Positions 33,779-42,750 of a stretch of DNA of 53,945 nt are shown piece after piece. Numbering within the stretch: position 1 is the first letter of the stretch; every line of letters starts with the position of its first letter. Position numbers and translations under genes: made by a program. Under the pieces are notes generated by a model. That model did no database searches and had not been told where the DNA came from. It was given only the letters and a program-made list of their open reading frames with translations. The DNA is from Candidatus Kryptoniota bacterium (GTDB lineage Bacteria > Bacteroidota > Ignavibacteria > Kryptoniales > JAKASW01), in the NCBI GenBank assembly GCA_049278975.1, contig JBAPNE010000059.1, positions 1-53,945 on the forward strand, in the 5' to 3' direction.

Positions 33779-34873
33779 ATGTCAAGAAAATTACCACGTA
33801 GCGGAATCCAAGAGACGGGAAAAAAGCTTTGTGTTGTCTATGACGAGGCGGCGTTAGACATCAGATCGGAACTTGAATTAGCTTTTAATGGAAAACTATC
33901 TTCCGAGGCAACAGCTTCATTGATTGATACTTCCACAACGAGTGTCATCGAGCAAGTCGATACAGTGGTGTCGGTATTATCCGAAGCCGGTTATAATGTT
34001 TCGACAATCATCACAAGCTCGGATATGAAACAGCTTATCCATAAGCTTCGCGAAGAAAAACCCGACATGATCTTTAACTTCTGCGAATCTATCGAAGGTG
34101 ATTCTTTCCAGGAAATGAACGTTGCAGGTTTGTATGAGCTGCTTCGATTGCAATATACCGGAAGCAGCCCTCTCACACTTGGAAGCTGCTTGAATAAGGT
34201 GAGAACAAAAGAGATTTTAACTTTCCATAAAATAAATGTACCATCCTATCGGGTTTTTAATTCGCCCGATGAAGTGTCGAGAAAAAAAATAGGATTTCCT
34301 GCGATTGCAAAACCGATACATGAAGATGCGAGCATCGGTATTTCAAATGTTTCTGTTGTATATGATCGTGACCACTTACAGGTCTTGCTTGCCGACATGC
34401 TGAAGAAATTCAAACAGCCGATCCTTGTCGAGCAATTTGTAGATGGAAGGGAGTTTAATGTTGCGATCGTCGGAAATGATGAGGTCGTCGCGCTTCCCGT
34501 TTCCGAAATAGATTTTAGTACCATGCCTTCAGGTTTTCATCACATTGTTTCGTATGAAGCAAAGTGGATGCCCGATAGTGTGGAATACAAATCAACGGTG
34601 CCGATTTGTCCTGCAAAAATAAGTCGTCGGCTCGAACAGAAAATTCAGAATACTGCAATCAAAGCCTATCAGGCGATGAGATGCAGAGACTACGCCAGAG
34701 TTGATATGAGAGTCGATAAAACAGGAAAGGTATTCATATTGGAAGTGAATCCAAATCCTGACCTATCGCCAACCGGTTCGGGCTTTTCTAGAAGCGCCGC
34801 GGCATTCGGCTGGTCTTACAGCCAGCTCATAAATAATATTGTCCAATCAGCTTTTAAGAGAAGGCTTGGTTAG
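33779..34873 (+). CDS. ATP-grasp ligase of the D-alanine--D-alanine ligase family (paralog 2)
   Basis: Same architecture: FNFCESIEGDSFQEMNVAGLYELLRLQYTGSSPLTLGSCLNKVRTKEIL, AIAKPIHEDASIGI, EQFVDGREFNVAIVGN and LEVNPNPD. Confidence 0.8.
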   Translation: MSRKLPRSGIQETGKKLCVVYDEAALDIRSELELAFNGKLSSEATASLIDTSTTSVIEQVDTVVSVLSEAGYNVSTIITSSDMKQLIHKLREEKPDMIFNFCESIEGDSFQEMNVAGLYELLRLQYTGSSPLTLGSCLNKVRTKEILTFHKINVPSYRVFNSPDEVSRKKIGFPAIAKPIHEDASIGISNVSVVYDRDHLQVLLADMLKKFKQPILVEQFVDGREFNVAIVGNDEVVALPVSEIDFSTMPSGFHHIVSYEAKWMPDSVEYKSTVPICPAKISRRLEQKIQNTAIKAYQAMRCRDYARVDMRVDKTGKVFILEVNPNPDLSPTGSGFSRSAAAFGWSYSQLINNIVQSAFKRRLG

Positions 34874-35345
34874 GATCCGACCCACTATCCGGGAAGATCA
34901 CGGCTCTATCCTGGACATCCTGAAGAGGACAGATAATTTCACGGCAGAAGAAATAGAAATTGCTGATGAACTATTGAACACGTACTTCACTCAATCTTTT
35001 GAGAGCGGATACTGGACTTACACGGCAGCGAATGATAAAATTGCAGGCTATATATGTTACGGACCTACGCCTTTGACAGTCGGGACCTACGACATTTATT
35101 GGATCGCTGTTGATCCGGCTCTGCAGGGGAAGGGGATCGGAACTGAATTATTAAATTTTGCCGAAGACGATATATCGAAGCACAAGGGAAGGTTGATAAC
35201 GGTTTATACGAGTTCGCAGGAGAAATATTCTCTAACACGGAGTTTTTATTTCAAACGAGATTATCACGAAGGTGCGAGGATAAGTGATTATTATCGGCCG
35301 GGAGATGATCTCGTAATATATGTTAAACAAATATCGGAGGACTAA
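34839..35345 (+). CDS. GNAT-family N-acetyltransferase
   Basis: Acetyl-CoA motif A, IAVDPALQGKGIGTELLNFAEDD. The ORF overlaps the upstream gene's 3' end; an alternative TTG start lies at 34866. Confidence 0.75.
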   Translation: MSNQLLREGLVRIRPTIREDHGSILDILKRTDNFTAEEIEIADELLNTYFTQSFESGYWTYTAANDKIAGYICYGPTPLTVGTYDIYWIAVDPALQGKGIGTELLNFAEDDISKHKGRLITVYTSSQEKYSLTRSFYFKRDYHEGARISDYYRPGDDLVIYVKQISED

Positions 35346-35348
35346 TTT

Positions 35349-36557
35349 ATGGAACTGTGGCAGCAGATGCTGAGGCAGAGTATCGATAGCGCTGATGACC
35401 TTGTCAAAAAATTCAACTTTGATAAAGAGACTGCCGAAAGGCTTAACAGCCTTTTCCACATCAGAATCAATCCGTACTATTTAAATCTCATTCGTTACCC
35501 GGGTGACCCGATCTGGCTTCAAAGTATTCCCGATGGGAAAGAACTTGAAGAAGATGGTTTGCCCTTGGATCCGCTGAATGAGGACAACGATAGCCCGGTT
35601 CCAAGTATTACGCACCGTTATCCCGATAGAGTTTTATTTCTTGTTACGAGCCAGTGCTCGATGTACTGCAGGTTCTGCACAAGAAAAAGAAAAGTCAGTG
35701 ACTCGACGAAGATCAGCATGAAGTACATCCAGGATGGCTTGGATTATATCAAAGCGCATACTGAAGTCAGAGACGTTATCGTTTCCGGCGGCGATCCGCT
35801 TATGCTGACCGATGTCATGCTGGAGAAGGTGCTTAAAGGTCTCCGAGAAATTCCGCACGTCGAAATAATTCGCGTGCATACAAAGATGCCGTGCGTGCTG
35901 CCGCAAAGGATTACGCCGCAGCTTGTTGAAATGATGAAGAAGTATCATCCCATTTATGTCAACGTCCATTTTAATCATCCGTGGGAATGCACTCCTGAAG
36001 CAAAACAAGCGTGTGATCTTCTTGCGAACGCCGGTTTCCCGCTCGGCAATCAGATGGTGTTGATGAAAGGCGTCAATGACGATCCGGAAGTCGTCAAGGA
36101 ACTTAATCGCAAGCTGCTCATGATGCGAGTGAAACCATATTACATTTATCAGGCAGATATGGTAAAGAGCACGAATCATTTCAGGACTCCGATTCGCGTC
36201 GGACTAGAAATCATGGACAAGCTGCGCGGCCACACTTCGGGACTCGCGGTCCCATATTTTGTAATCGACGCTCCCGGCGGCGGCGGCAAAATTCCGATTC
36301 TCCCACAGTATGTGCTGTACCATGATGACGAGAAAATGGTCGTCCGCAATTATAAGTACGAAGTTTTCGAGTATGCCGAGGCAAAAGATGAACAGGAACC
36401 TGTTCACGACGATATTGATTCTCGCTTCTTAAGAAAATCACCTGTTGTCATCAGGGAGAGAAAGCGGAGAATTTCTAAACCGAATACTAGAGCAAATGTA
36501 AAAGTAGAATTAGAAAAGCAGTCGCTTGTCGACGAAACCGTAAGCGAAAAAGAATAG
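35349..36557 (+). CDS. KamA-family radical-SAM aminomutase (lysine 2,3-aminomutase-like)
   Basis: The CSMYCRFCTRKR CxxxCxxC cluster, with family-typical ITHRYPDRVLFLVT, VIVSGGDPL, VNVHFNHP and YYIYQAD. The ATG lies 3 nt after the GNAT stop. Confidence 0.88.
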   Translation: MELWQQMLRQSIDSADDLVKKFNFDKETAERLNSLFHIRINPYYLNLIRYPGDPIWLQSIPDGKELEEDGLPLDPLNEDNDSPVPSITHRYPDRVLFLVTSQCSMYCRFCTRKRKVSDSTKISMKYIQDGLDYIKAHTEVRDVIVSGGDPLMLTDVMLEKVLKGLREIPHVEIIRVHTKMPCVLPQRITPQLVEMMKKYHPIYVNVHFNHPWECTPEAKQACDLLANAGFPLGNQMVLMKGVNDDPEVVKELNRKLLMMRVKPYYIYQADMVKSTNHFRTPIRVGLEIMDKLRGHTSGLAVPYFVIDAPGGGGKIPILPQYVLYHDDEKMVVRNYKYEVFEYAEAKDEQEPVHDDIDSRFLRKSPVVIRERKRRISKPNTRANVKVELEKQSLVDETVSEKE

Positions 36558-36568
36558 ATTTCTGGTTT

Positions 36569-36591
36569 GTGCCGGAGTTCACCTCCGGCAC
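36569..36591 (+). terminator. Stem-loop terminator candidate after the aminomutase gene
   Basis: GTGCCGGAG-ttcac-CTCCGGCAC, a perfect 9-bp stem starting 12 nt after the stop. Only a weak T-run follows (tgaactttt). Confidence 0.55.
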
Positions 36592-36610
36592 TGAACTTTT
36601 CCTAAGAAGT

Positions 36611-36708
36611 TGTCATTGCAACGAGCAATTCGACGAAGCAATCTCGTCTTTCATAGGAGCTAATGGATAAGTAGAGGCTGAGATTACTTTCCTTCGTTCG
36701 CGACGACA
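36611..36708. repeat. Degenerate copy of the CATTGC...GCAATCTC // GAGATT... composite hairpin repeat
   Basis: tgtcattgcaacgagcaattcgacgaagcaatctc (36611-36645) and gagattactttccttcgttcgcgacgaca (36680-36708). Confidence 0.5.
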
Positions 36709-36862
36709 GCTCAGGTAAACTGCTATCGGCAAAGTCATTGCTCCCTCGCCACTGCCGCAGTCGGTGGGTCTCTACTTCGTGTTAAAGTAAACTCCTAAGA
36801 ACATTCCTCTCTCTTCACATCAAGTTTCTCGCTTGGGAACCTCAAATTCGCCATAATTGGAA

Positions 36863-36948
36863 AAAGTTTTGCAATAACTGCCGATAACTTTATTTGAGGT
36901 TAGCATTTACTAAAGTTCGTGCAAGAATTACCGATAATTCTATTTGAG
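36863..36948 (+). promoter_or_regulatory. Two direct repeats of about 36 nt, 50 nt apart, upstream of the 1246-aa gene
   Basis: aaagttttgcaataactgccgataactttatttgagg compared with aaagttcgtgcaagaattaccgataattctatttgaga, sharing the core CCGATAAnTnTATTTGAG. Confidence 0.45.
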
Positions 36949-37005
36949 AAGCTGAATAGCGCCTCATAAAGGGGCAAGGATGCCCTAATCATTAATCATA
37001 AACAC

Positions 37006-40000
37006 ATGGAGGTAGTTATGTGTAAATTTAGGTTTAGTGTTTTCTTCCTTTTGTTGTTTTGGGGTGCATTAGCATATGCACAACCGGTGCTACAAGTGCC
37101 TACAAAAACAACCACAACTTTTTTAACCACAAGACATCCAACATTTAAATGGAGTCAAGTGTTAAGTGCTACTTCGGGATACGAAATCTATATTACAACG
37201 TCTACCGCAGATACAACTCTTGCAAACAGAGCATCGGTTCCTGCTGCGGCAAGTGTGAACAAATCAGATAGATATGTATCCGTGGGAGCAGCGGCAACAG
37301 ACACAACCTATACTTTGGCTGACACACTTTTGTTGAAGAATACAATTTATTTCTGGAAAGTCAGAGTAAAGGGAGGAACATGGGCATATCCATATTCCTA
37401 TTTTAAAATCGGTGCGCCGGTATACACGATGTCTAATGCGAATGCATGGATTCAATTTAATCACGATACCTTGGGTGCTATTACAGGCGTTAAGTACGTG
37501 CAAGGATCGGGTCAAGAGATATTGGACACTGCCTACAATGCGACGAATCTATATGGAATAGGAGGCAATGGTGCTCAAAAAGATACGGTAATATCATGGT
37601 ACACTTCCGCGAATACCGACACGAATATTTTCACATATCAAAATGCCACAAAATATGGAATGACCGGTTCAAAGGTTATGACAGTTTCCCGTGGGACGAA
37701 TGGTATTACGGCAAATATAGCCCTAACACTTGAAACTGGAAAAGCTGTAAACATAGCAACAGCATGGAAACCCGGTGGCGATGTTAGCGGCTCTGGTATT
37801 GACAATGTCCTGTTGGTAAAAAATTCGCCTGTTAAGACACCGTTAACTTATCCATCAAGTGCAGCGTGGTTTGGTGCTGATAGTATTACTTTATCAGCGA
37901 TGTATGACAATAGGTACAATGAATATTTTGGGATCAAGTCATCCTCACTTGTTGCAGTTACGGACACTCAAAAGACAGGTATGTTGAAACAAGTATTGTC
38001 TTTTAACAATACAACAGGATCAAATGCAACATATACATTCGGTTTTGCTGTGCGGAATTCAAGACTTAATTATTTTGATACGTGGGCTAATGACAGGCCG
38101 ATGATTATATCAAAACCGGCAGCGGGCGATTCTTTAACATCCACAAGTAAAAAGATAGTTTGGGAATCGTTTGGTGCGAGTCCGTCTTCTATTAGCTTTT
38201 CTAGTGATGGTGGAACGACGTTTGGCAATAGTGCAACTATTGTGACGGATACCAGTTCAATTGACAGCGTTTCGTATACTATGCCTAGTGGTCCACCCCG
38301 AAATACTTGCGTGGTGGAACTATCAACATCCAAAGGCGATGTAGCCCAGTCTGGTGTCTTTAAACTCGTTGCACCTTATGCGGCTATTACTTCTCCGAAG
38401 ACAGGTGACAGCTTAACAATAGGCCAACATGAAATTAAGTGGGTCAATCAAGTTGGTGATATACTTACTAACGCTGCTTTTTCTTTGGATTCAGGAAAAA
38501 CATGGTCCGGAGCAATTTCGCTCAGTACAGCGGACACGACAAATGATAGCGTGTCGTTTAACTTTTATGGTGCAAAGAACGTATCTAATTATGCTGCTGT
38601 AAAAGTTTACGGCTCGACCGATACGATAGTATCGTCATTTTTCAAAGTCGAAAAGCGTTACGCTACTGTTACCACTCCGGCATCTGGTGCTAGTTTGTCA
38701 ATTGGCAAGAGTTATGTCGTTTGGACTAACTTAACAGGTTCTGCCGTTACCTACGTTGATTGTTCCTTGGACTCAGGAAAAACGTGGGTTGGGCCAGACA
38801 CTCTAAGTCCAGTGTCAACAGCAACCAAAGACAGCGTGTTATATGATTTCCTTGGTGGAAAAACTTCTTCGAGCAATACTGCGGTAAGGATTCGCACGAC
38901 TGCCGGAGCTGACACAGCACAATCAGGTTTCTTTACTTTAGGAAACGGCGGTGCGGTATTCTCCATTCCCACCGTTATTGGTAATCCTGGCGCAGCCGTA
39001 GTTGTCTCGATTAGAGCCAAAGATTATATGTCGGGTGACTCAATTAAATCATTTGATGTCGACATGACATTTGACACTACATATGCCCATTTCGATTCCT
39101 TGAATTATGCTCCTCTGTTGCTGGGTAACAACTGGATAACAACGATGGATTCGAGCAATTATAAAACTACGACCGCAAATTATGTGAGGTTAGCTGGTTT
39201 TATGTATCAAGGTAAGGGAATCAAAGATTCTGCGATTGCTGAACTGTTCTTTACAATAAAGAATAAACAGTCTATTATTGGGAGTACAAGTTCGCTCGTA
39301 TTAAAAAATTCGGTTCTTGCTGCTTCCGGCAATGGTGCATACTCATTGGATGTTTCCGGTTCAACGAATGGCACTCTTAAAATCTATTCAAGTATCTCAG
39401 GAAGCCTTCATTACTTGCATGAGGATACTATAGCAGCTAGTTATAATATATCCGGAGATAATTTGATAGTCTATCGCGATTTTGCCGATACGCTGAATAA
39501 CACATCGTTCGACGTTGCTAGTGGACAATTCGATTTGACGAATAGAGAGCCGAACGATAGCATCACTTTCTGTCCTTCCGCAAGCATCTATACGACGGCT
39601 GGCTGGAATTCTATTACTGTCGCTGACGCAAGGCTTGCTTTCTTGGATTTCTATGACACTCTTAGCGCTCGAGCAAAAATTGCAGCGGATGTCAATGGAG
39701 ATGGAGTTGTCAATGCAACTGATGCCCAGGCAATCATGGAAATCTCGGTTGATTCGACATATCTAAAAGGGATTGGTCTATCTAATTGGATATTTATCGA
39801 TTCAACATCCCTCGTGGGCTTTGAACATGCAAGTGATTCAATGACAGCATGGTACACAGGACAACAACACTCTGATTCTTATACACTGACAAGCCAACGG
39901 ACACATCAAGATTTCTTTGGTGTATTACGTGGAAATGTCACTTTCAGTTATGGCAGTACACAGGATGTTAATACAGCGAAGACAATGAAGAATCCAATGG

Positions 40001-40746
40001 AGAGAACAAATTCTTCCAGTCCTATATTATTTAGCACAAATGCTAATATTAATGTTCGTCCTGGAGACACAGTGTGGATTCCTTTAAATATTAATCCTGG
40101 TGATACCGTCATAGGTGGTTTCAACGCGAGCATGCAAGTGGACCCGAAGATTTTGAACTATACTGGTCAATTCAAAATGGGTCAAACCATGCCGCAAAAT
40201 AAAAATTGGTTCACCGCTGCTAAAAGCGATGCCAAGGGTAATTTGAGAGTAGCCTCAACAGACTTTTCTACCGTTATTACTCCGATTGTAAATAATGGAA
40301 CAGCACTTCTGTTTGAGTTTGTTGTGAGCAAGAATGTCCAGCTTGGAACTTCTAGCTCTATTGCGATCCAGACGCAGTCTGTAGTCGATACGAAAATGCG
40401 CAAGATCGCAAGTCTGACAGAGAGCGGGCAAGTACAAATTTCAAGTATGGGATCGGCAGTTGCCACACACTACGAACTGTCACAGAATTATCCGAACCCA
40501 TTCAATCCATCGACAACAATTCAATTTGCTGTACCGATGGACAGTAAAGTGGACATCGTCATATACAATATCCTCGGTCAAAAAGTAGCCACGCTGGTTA
40601 GTGGAACTATAACCGCGGGTTATCACGATATAGTATGGAATGCAACCAACTATAGTTCGGGAGTTTACTTCTCTGTGATGAAAGGTTCTTCTCTCTCTAC
40701 TGGAGAAAGTTTCAAAATGGTGAAGAAACTTATGCTTGTGAAGTAG
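37006..40746 (+). CDS. Large secreted protein (1246 aa) with three Asp-box-containing repeats, two cohesin-like modules, a dockerin-like EF-hand segment and a T9SS C-terminal sorting domain
   Basis: Signal peptide FRFSVFFLLLFWGALAYAQ. Three repeats of about 90 aa each carry S(S/L)D(G/S)G(T/K)TW. Cohesin-like segments are AVFSIPTVIGNPGAAVVVSIRAKD...FDVDMTFD and VRPGDTVWIPLNINPGD..GGFNASMQVD. ADVNGDGVVNATDAQAIMEISVD is dockerin-like. The tail is LSQNYPNPFNPSTTIQF...GVYFSV...KKLMLVK. Confidence 0.8.
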   Translation: MEVVMCKFRFSVFFLLLFWGALAYAQPVLQVPTKTTTTFLTTRHPTFKWSQVLSATSGYEIYITTSTADTTLANRASVPAAASVNKSDRYVSVGAAATDTTYTLADTLLLKNTIYFWKVRVKGGTWAYPYSYFKIGAPVYTMSNANAWIQFNHDTLGAITGVKYVQGSGQEILDTAYNATNLYGIGGNGAQKDTVISWYTSANTDTNIFTYQNATKYGMTGSKVMTVSRGTNGITANIALTLETGKAVNIATAWKPGGDVSGSGIDNVLLVKNSPVKTPLTYPSSAAWFGADSITLSAMYDNRYNEYFGIKSSSLVAVTDTQKTGMLKQVLSFNNTTGSNATYTFGFAVRNSRLNYFDTWANDRPMIISKPAAGDSLTSTSKKIVWESFGASPSSISFSSDGGTTFGNSATIVTDTSSIDSVSYTMPSGPPRNTCVVELSTSKGDVAQSGVFKLVAPYAAITSPKTGDSLTIGQHEIKWVNQVGDILTNAAFSLDSGKTWSGAISLSTADTTNDSVSFNFYGAKNVSNYAAVKVYGSTDTIVSSFFKVEKRYATVTTPASGASLSIGKSYVVWTNLTGSAVTYVDCSLDSGKTWVGPDTLSPVSTATKDSVLYDFLGGKTSSSNTAVRIRTTAGADTAQSGFFTLGNGGAVFSIPTVIGNPGAAVVVSIRAKDYMSGDSIKSFDVDMTFDTTYAHFDSLNYAPLLLGNNWITTMDSSNYKTTTANYVRLAGFMYQGKGIKDSAIAELFFTIKNKQSIIGSTSSLVLKNSVLAASGNGAYSLDVSGSTNGTLKIYSSISGSLHYLHEDTIAASYNISGDNLIVYRDFADTLNNTSFDVASGQFDLTNREPNDSITFCPSASIYTTAGWNSITVADARLAFLDFYDTLSARAKIAADVNGDGVVNATDAQAIMEISVDSTYLKGIGLSNWIFIDSTSLVGFEHASDSMTAWYTGQQHSDSYTLTSQRTHQDFFGVLRGNVTFSYGSTQDVNTAKTMKNPMERTNSSSPILFSTNANINVRPGDTVWIPLNINPGDTVIGGFNASMQVDPKILNYTGQFKMGQTMPQNKNWFTAAKSDAKGNLRVASTDFSTVITPIVNNGTALLFEFVVSKNVQLGTSSSIAIQTQSVVDTKMRKIASLTESGQVQISSMGSAVATHYELSQNYPNPFNPSTTIQFAVPMDSKVDIVIYNILGQKVATLVSGTITAGYHDIVWNATNYSSGVYFSVMKGSSLSTGESFKMVKKLMLVK

Positions 40747-40777
40747 ATAATTAGTAGATAATCACAAGTAAGCATCT

Positions 40778-40816
40778 AAAAGGTGCACGATTCATCGGGA
40801 ATTGTGCACCTTTTTT
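40778..40816 (+). terminator. Rho-independent terminator
   Basis: aaaaGGTGCAC-N15-GTGCACCtttttt, about 30 nt after the stop. Confidence 0.75.
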
Positions 40817-40974
40817 GTTGTTTATGATCCCGCGCTGGAACTATCGCTTTCTCAACTTGAGACACGGTTACAAAAACGTTTGGTGGATTTGCGAACTGTG
40901 ATCAATTTATGTATAATAATTACCTCAATAGAGAATTAGAATGAAACTTCTCGTGTTTAGCAAAAAGGGTTGCC

Positions 40975-42750
40975 GTGAAAAATTTTAAATTTGTTGCTGT
41001 CACAATCGCGATTTGTACCACTATATGTCAAGCTCAAGTTCATGTTCCCGATTGGGCGAAGAAAGCCGTTTGGTATCAGATCTTTCCCGAGCGGTTCCGC
41101 AATGGAGATTCCACAAATGATCCCACTGCGAGCGACGCACAAGTTACCGGCCGTGATTGGCACATATCTCCATGGACGGGCGATTGGTACAAGTTGCAGC
41201 CCTGGGAAGAAACATTTTCAAATAAATTCTACGACGTTGTTTTCGACAGGAGATACGGCGGGGATTTAGAAGGAGTCATCGACGAATTGCCGTATCTAAG
41301 GAATCTTGGGATCAACTCGATCTATCTCAATCCTATATTTGAATCGCCGTCGCTACACAAGTACAACACGGCGACTTACATTCATGTAGATCATAACTTT
41401 GGGCCGGATCCCGCGGGCGATTTGAAAATTATGTCTGAAGAAAACCCTGCTGATCCTTCAACATGGAAGTGGACTTCCGCGGATAAAGAGTTTTTAAAAC
41501 TTGTGAAGAAAGCCCACGAGCTGGGAATACGGGTGATCATCGACGGCGTGTTCAACCATGTGGGCACAGACTTCTGGGCGTTCAAAGATGTCGTGAAGTA
41601 TCAGCAGAAGTCGAAGTATAAAGATTGGTTTGTAATTAAGAACTGGGATGATTCTGTAAAGGGGACTAAGTTTGATTACAATGGCTGGTGGGGAATTAAG
41701 TCATTGCCGGTTTTCAGGAAAGATTCCATCACAGGCCTTGTGCATGGTCCCTACGAACACATCATGGAAATAACGAAGCGGTGGATGGCACCAAATGGAA
41801 ATCCTAAAGATGGTGTCAACGGATGGCGTTTAGATGTCCCAAACGAGGTACCACATCCCTTTTGGAGAAACTGGCGGAAGCTTGTGAAGAGCATTAATCC
41901 TGAGGCATATTTGGTCGGTGAAATATGGGACACCGCGACACCATGGCTGCAAGGCGATGAGTTCGATGCGGTGATGAATTATCAATTTGCAAAGACTGTC
42001 GTGAAATTTTTCATTAACAAAAAGCTGGCGATTACTCCAGTACAATTTGACTCGACTCTAAAGGCGGTTCGTGATTCGTATCCCGACAGTGTCAACTACG
42101 CAATGCAAAATCTCTTAGACAGCCACGATACCGACCGACTTGAGTCTATGATCGCAAATCCCGATCGCGATTACAACTCCGGTGACAGCCCAAGGAATAA
42201 TCCACAATACAATATTTCTAAACCAGACGCAGCCGCGATTCAACACCAAGAGTTGATCGTCCTTTTCCAGATGACGTATGTGGGTGCACCGATGATTTAT
42301 TACGGAGATGAAGCAGGGATGTGGGGCGCAACCGACCCTGATGAAAGGAAACCGATGTTGTGGCCGGATTTGAAATATGAAGACGAGAAAAGCAGTCCAG
42401 TATCTGAAATTAGTAGGTCGGATGACAAAAACATTTTCAATAAAAGTCTGTTCGATTACTATAGGAAGCTGGTATATGAGCGCGAATCAAATTCGGCGCT
42501 GACTATCGGCAGTTACAAAACTCTCATCGCTGACAATTTGAAAAAAGTATTTGTGTTCGAAAGGGAATCAGGGAATCAAATTGCGATTGTCGGATTCAAT
42601 TTGTCAGGTGCGAGACAAGTTGTGGATGTACCTTTGGATAAAGAAGTGAAGGCGTTCAGAGACGTGATAAGCTCGAAAATTTTAACTGTGAAGAATGGTA
42701 CATTGCATATCGAAATAAATTCTAACCGGGGTGTCTTACTCGCGAATTAA
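40975..42750 (+). CDS. GH13 alpha-amylase-family enzyme (neopullulanase/cyclomaltodextrinase-like), secreted
   Basis: Signal peptide VKNFKFVAVTIAICTTICQAQ from a GTG start. Motifs include WYQIFPERFRNGD, region I DGVFNHVG, region II NGWRLDVPNEV, region III LVGEIWD and region IV LLDSHDTDR. Confidence 0.85.
   Translation: MKNFKFVAVTIAICTTICQAQVHVPDWAKKAVWYQIFPERFRNGDSTNDPTASDAQVTGRDWHISPWTGDWYKLQPWEETFSNKFYDVVFDRRYGGDLEGVIDELPYLRNLGINSIYLNPIFESPSLHKYNTATYIHVDHNFGPDPAGDLKIMSEENPADPSTWKWTSADKEFLKLVKKAHELGIRVIIDGVFNHVGTDFWAFKDVVKYQQKSKYKDWFVIKNWDDSVKGTKFDYNGWWGIKSLPVFRKDSITGLVHGPYEHIMEITKRWMAPNGNPKDGVNGWRLDVPNEVPHPFWRNWRKLVKSINPEAYLVGEIWDTATPWLQGDEFDAVMNYQFAKTVVKFFINKKLAITPVQFDSTLKAVRDSYPDSVNYAMQNLLDSHDTDRLESMIANPDRDYNSGDSPRNNPQYNISKPDAAAIQHQELIVLFQMTYVGAPMIYYGDEAGMWGATDPDERKPMLWPDLKYEDEKSSPVSEISRSDDKNIFNKSLFDYYRKLVYERESNSALTIGSYKTLIADNLKKVFVFERESGNQIAIVGFNLSGARQVVDVPLDKEVKAFRDVISSKILTVKNGTLHIEINSNRGVLLAN

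Noticed and set aside
32643-34873. The two Ddl-like genes as the housekeeping D-Ala-D-Ala ligase (ddl).
   Set aside because: They are paralogous, operonic with a GNAT and a radical-SAM aminomutase, and not in a mur/fts cell-wall context. I did not assign the symbol ddl, but this cannot be settled without the rest of the genome.
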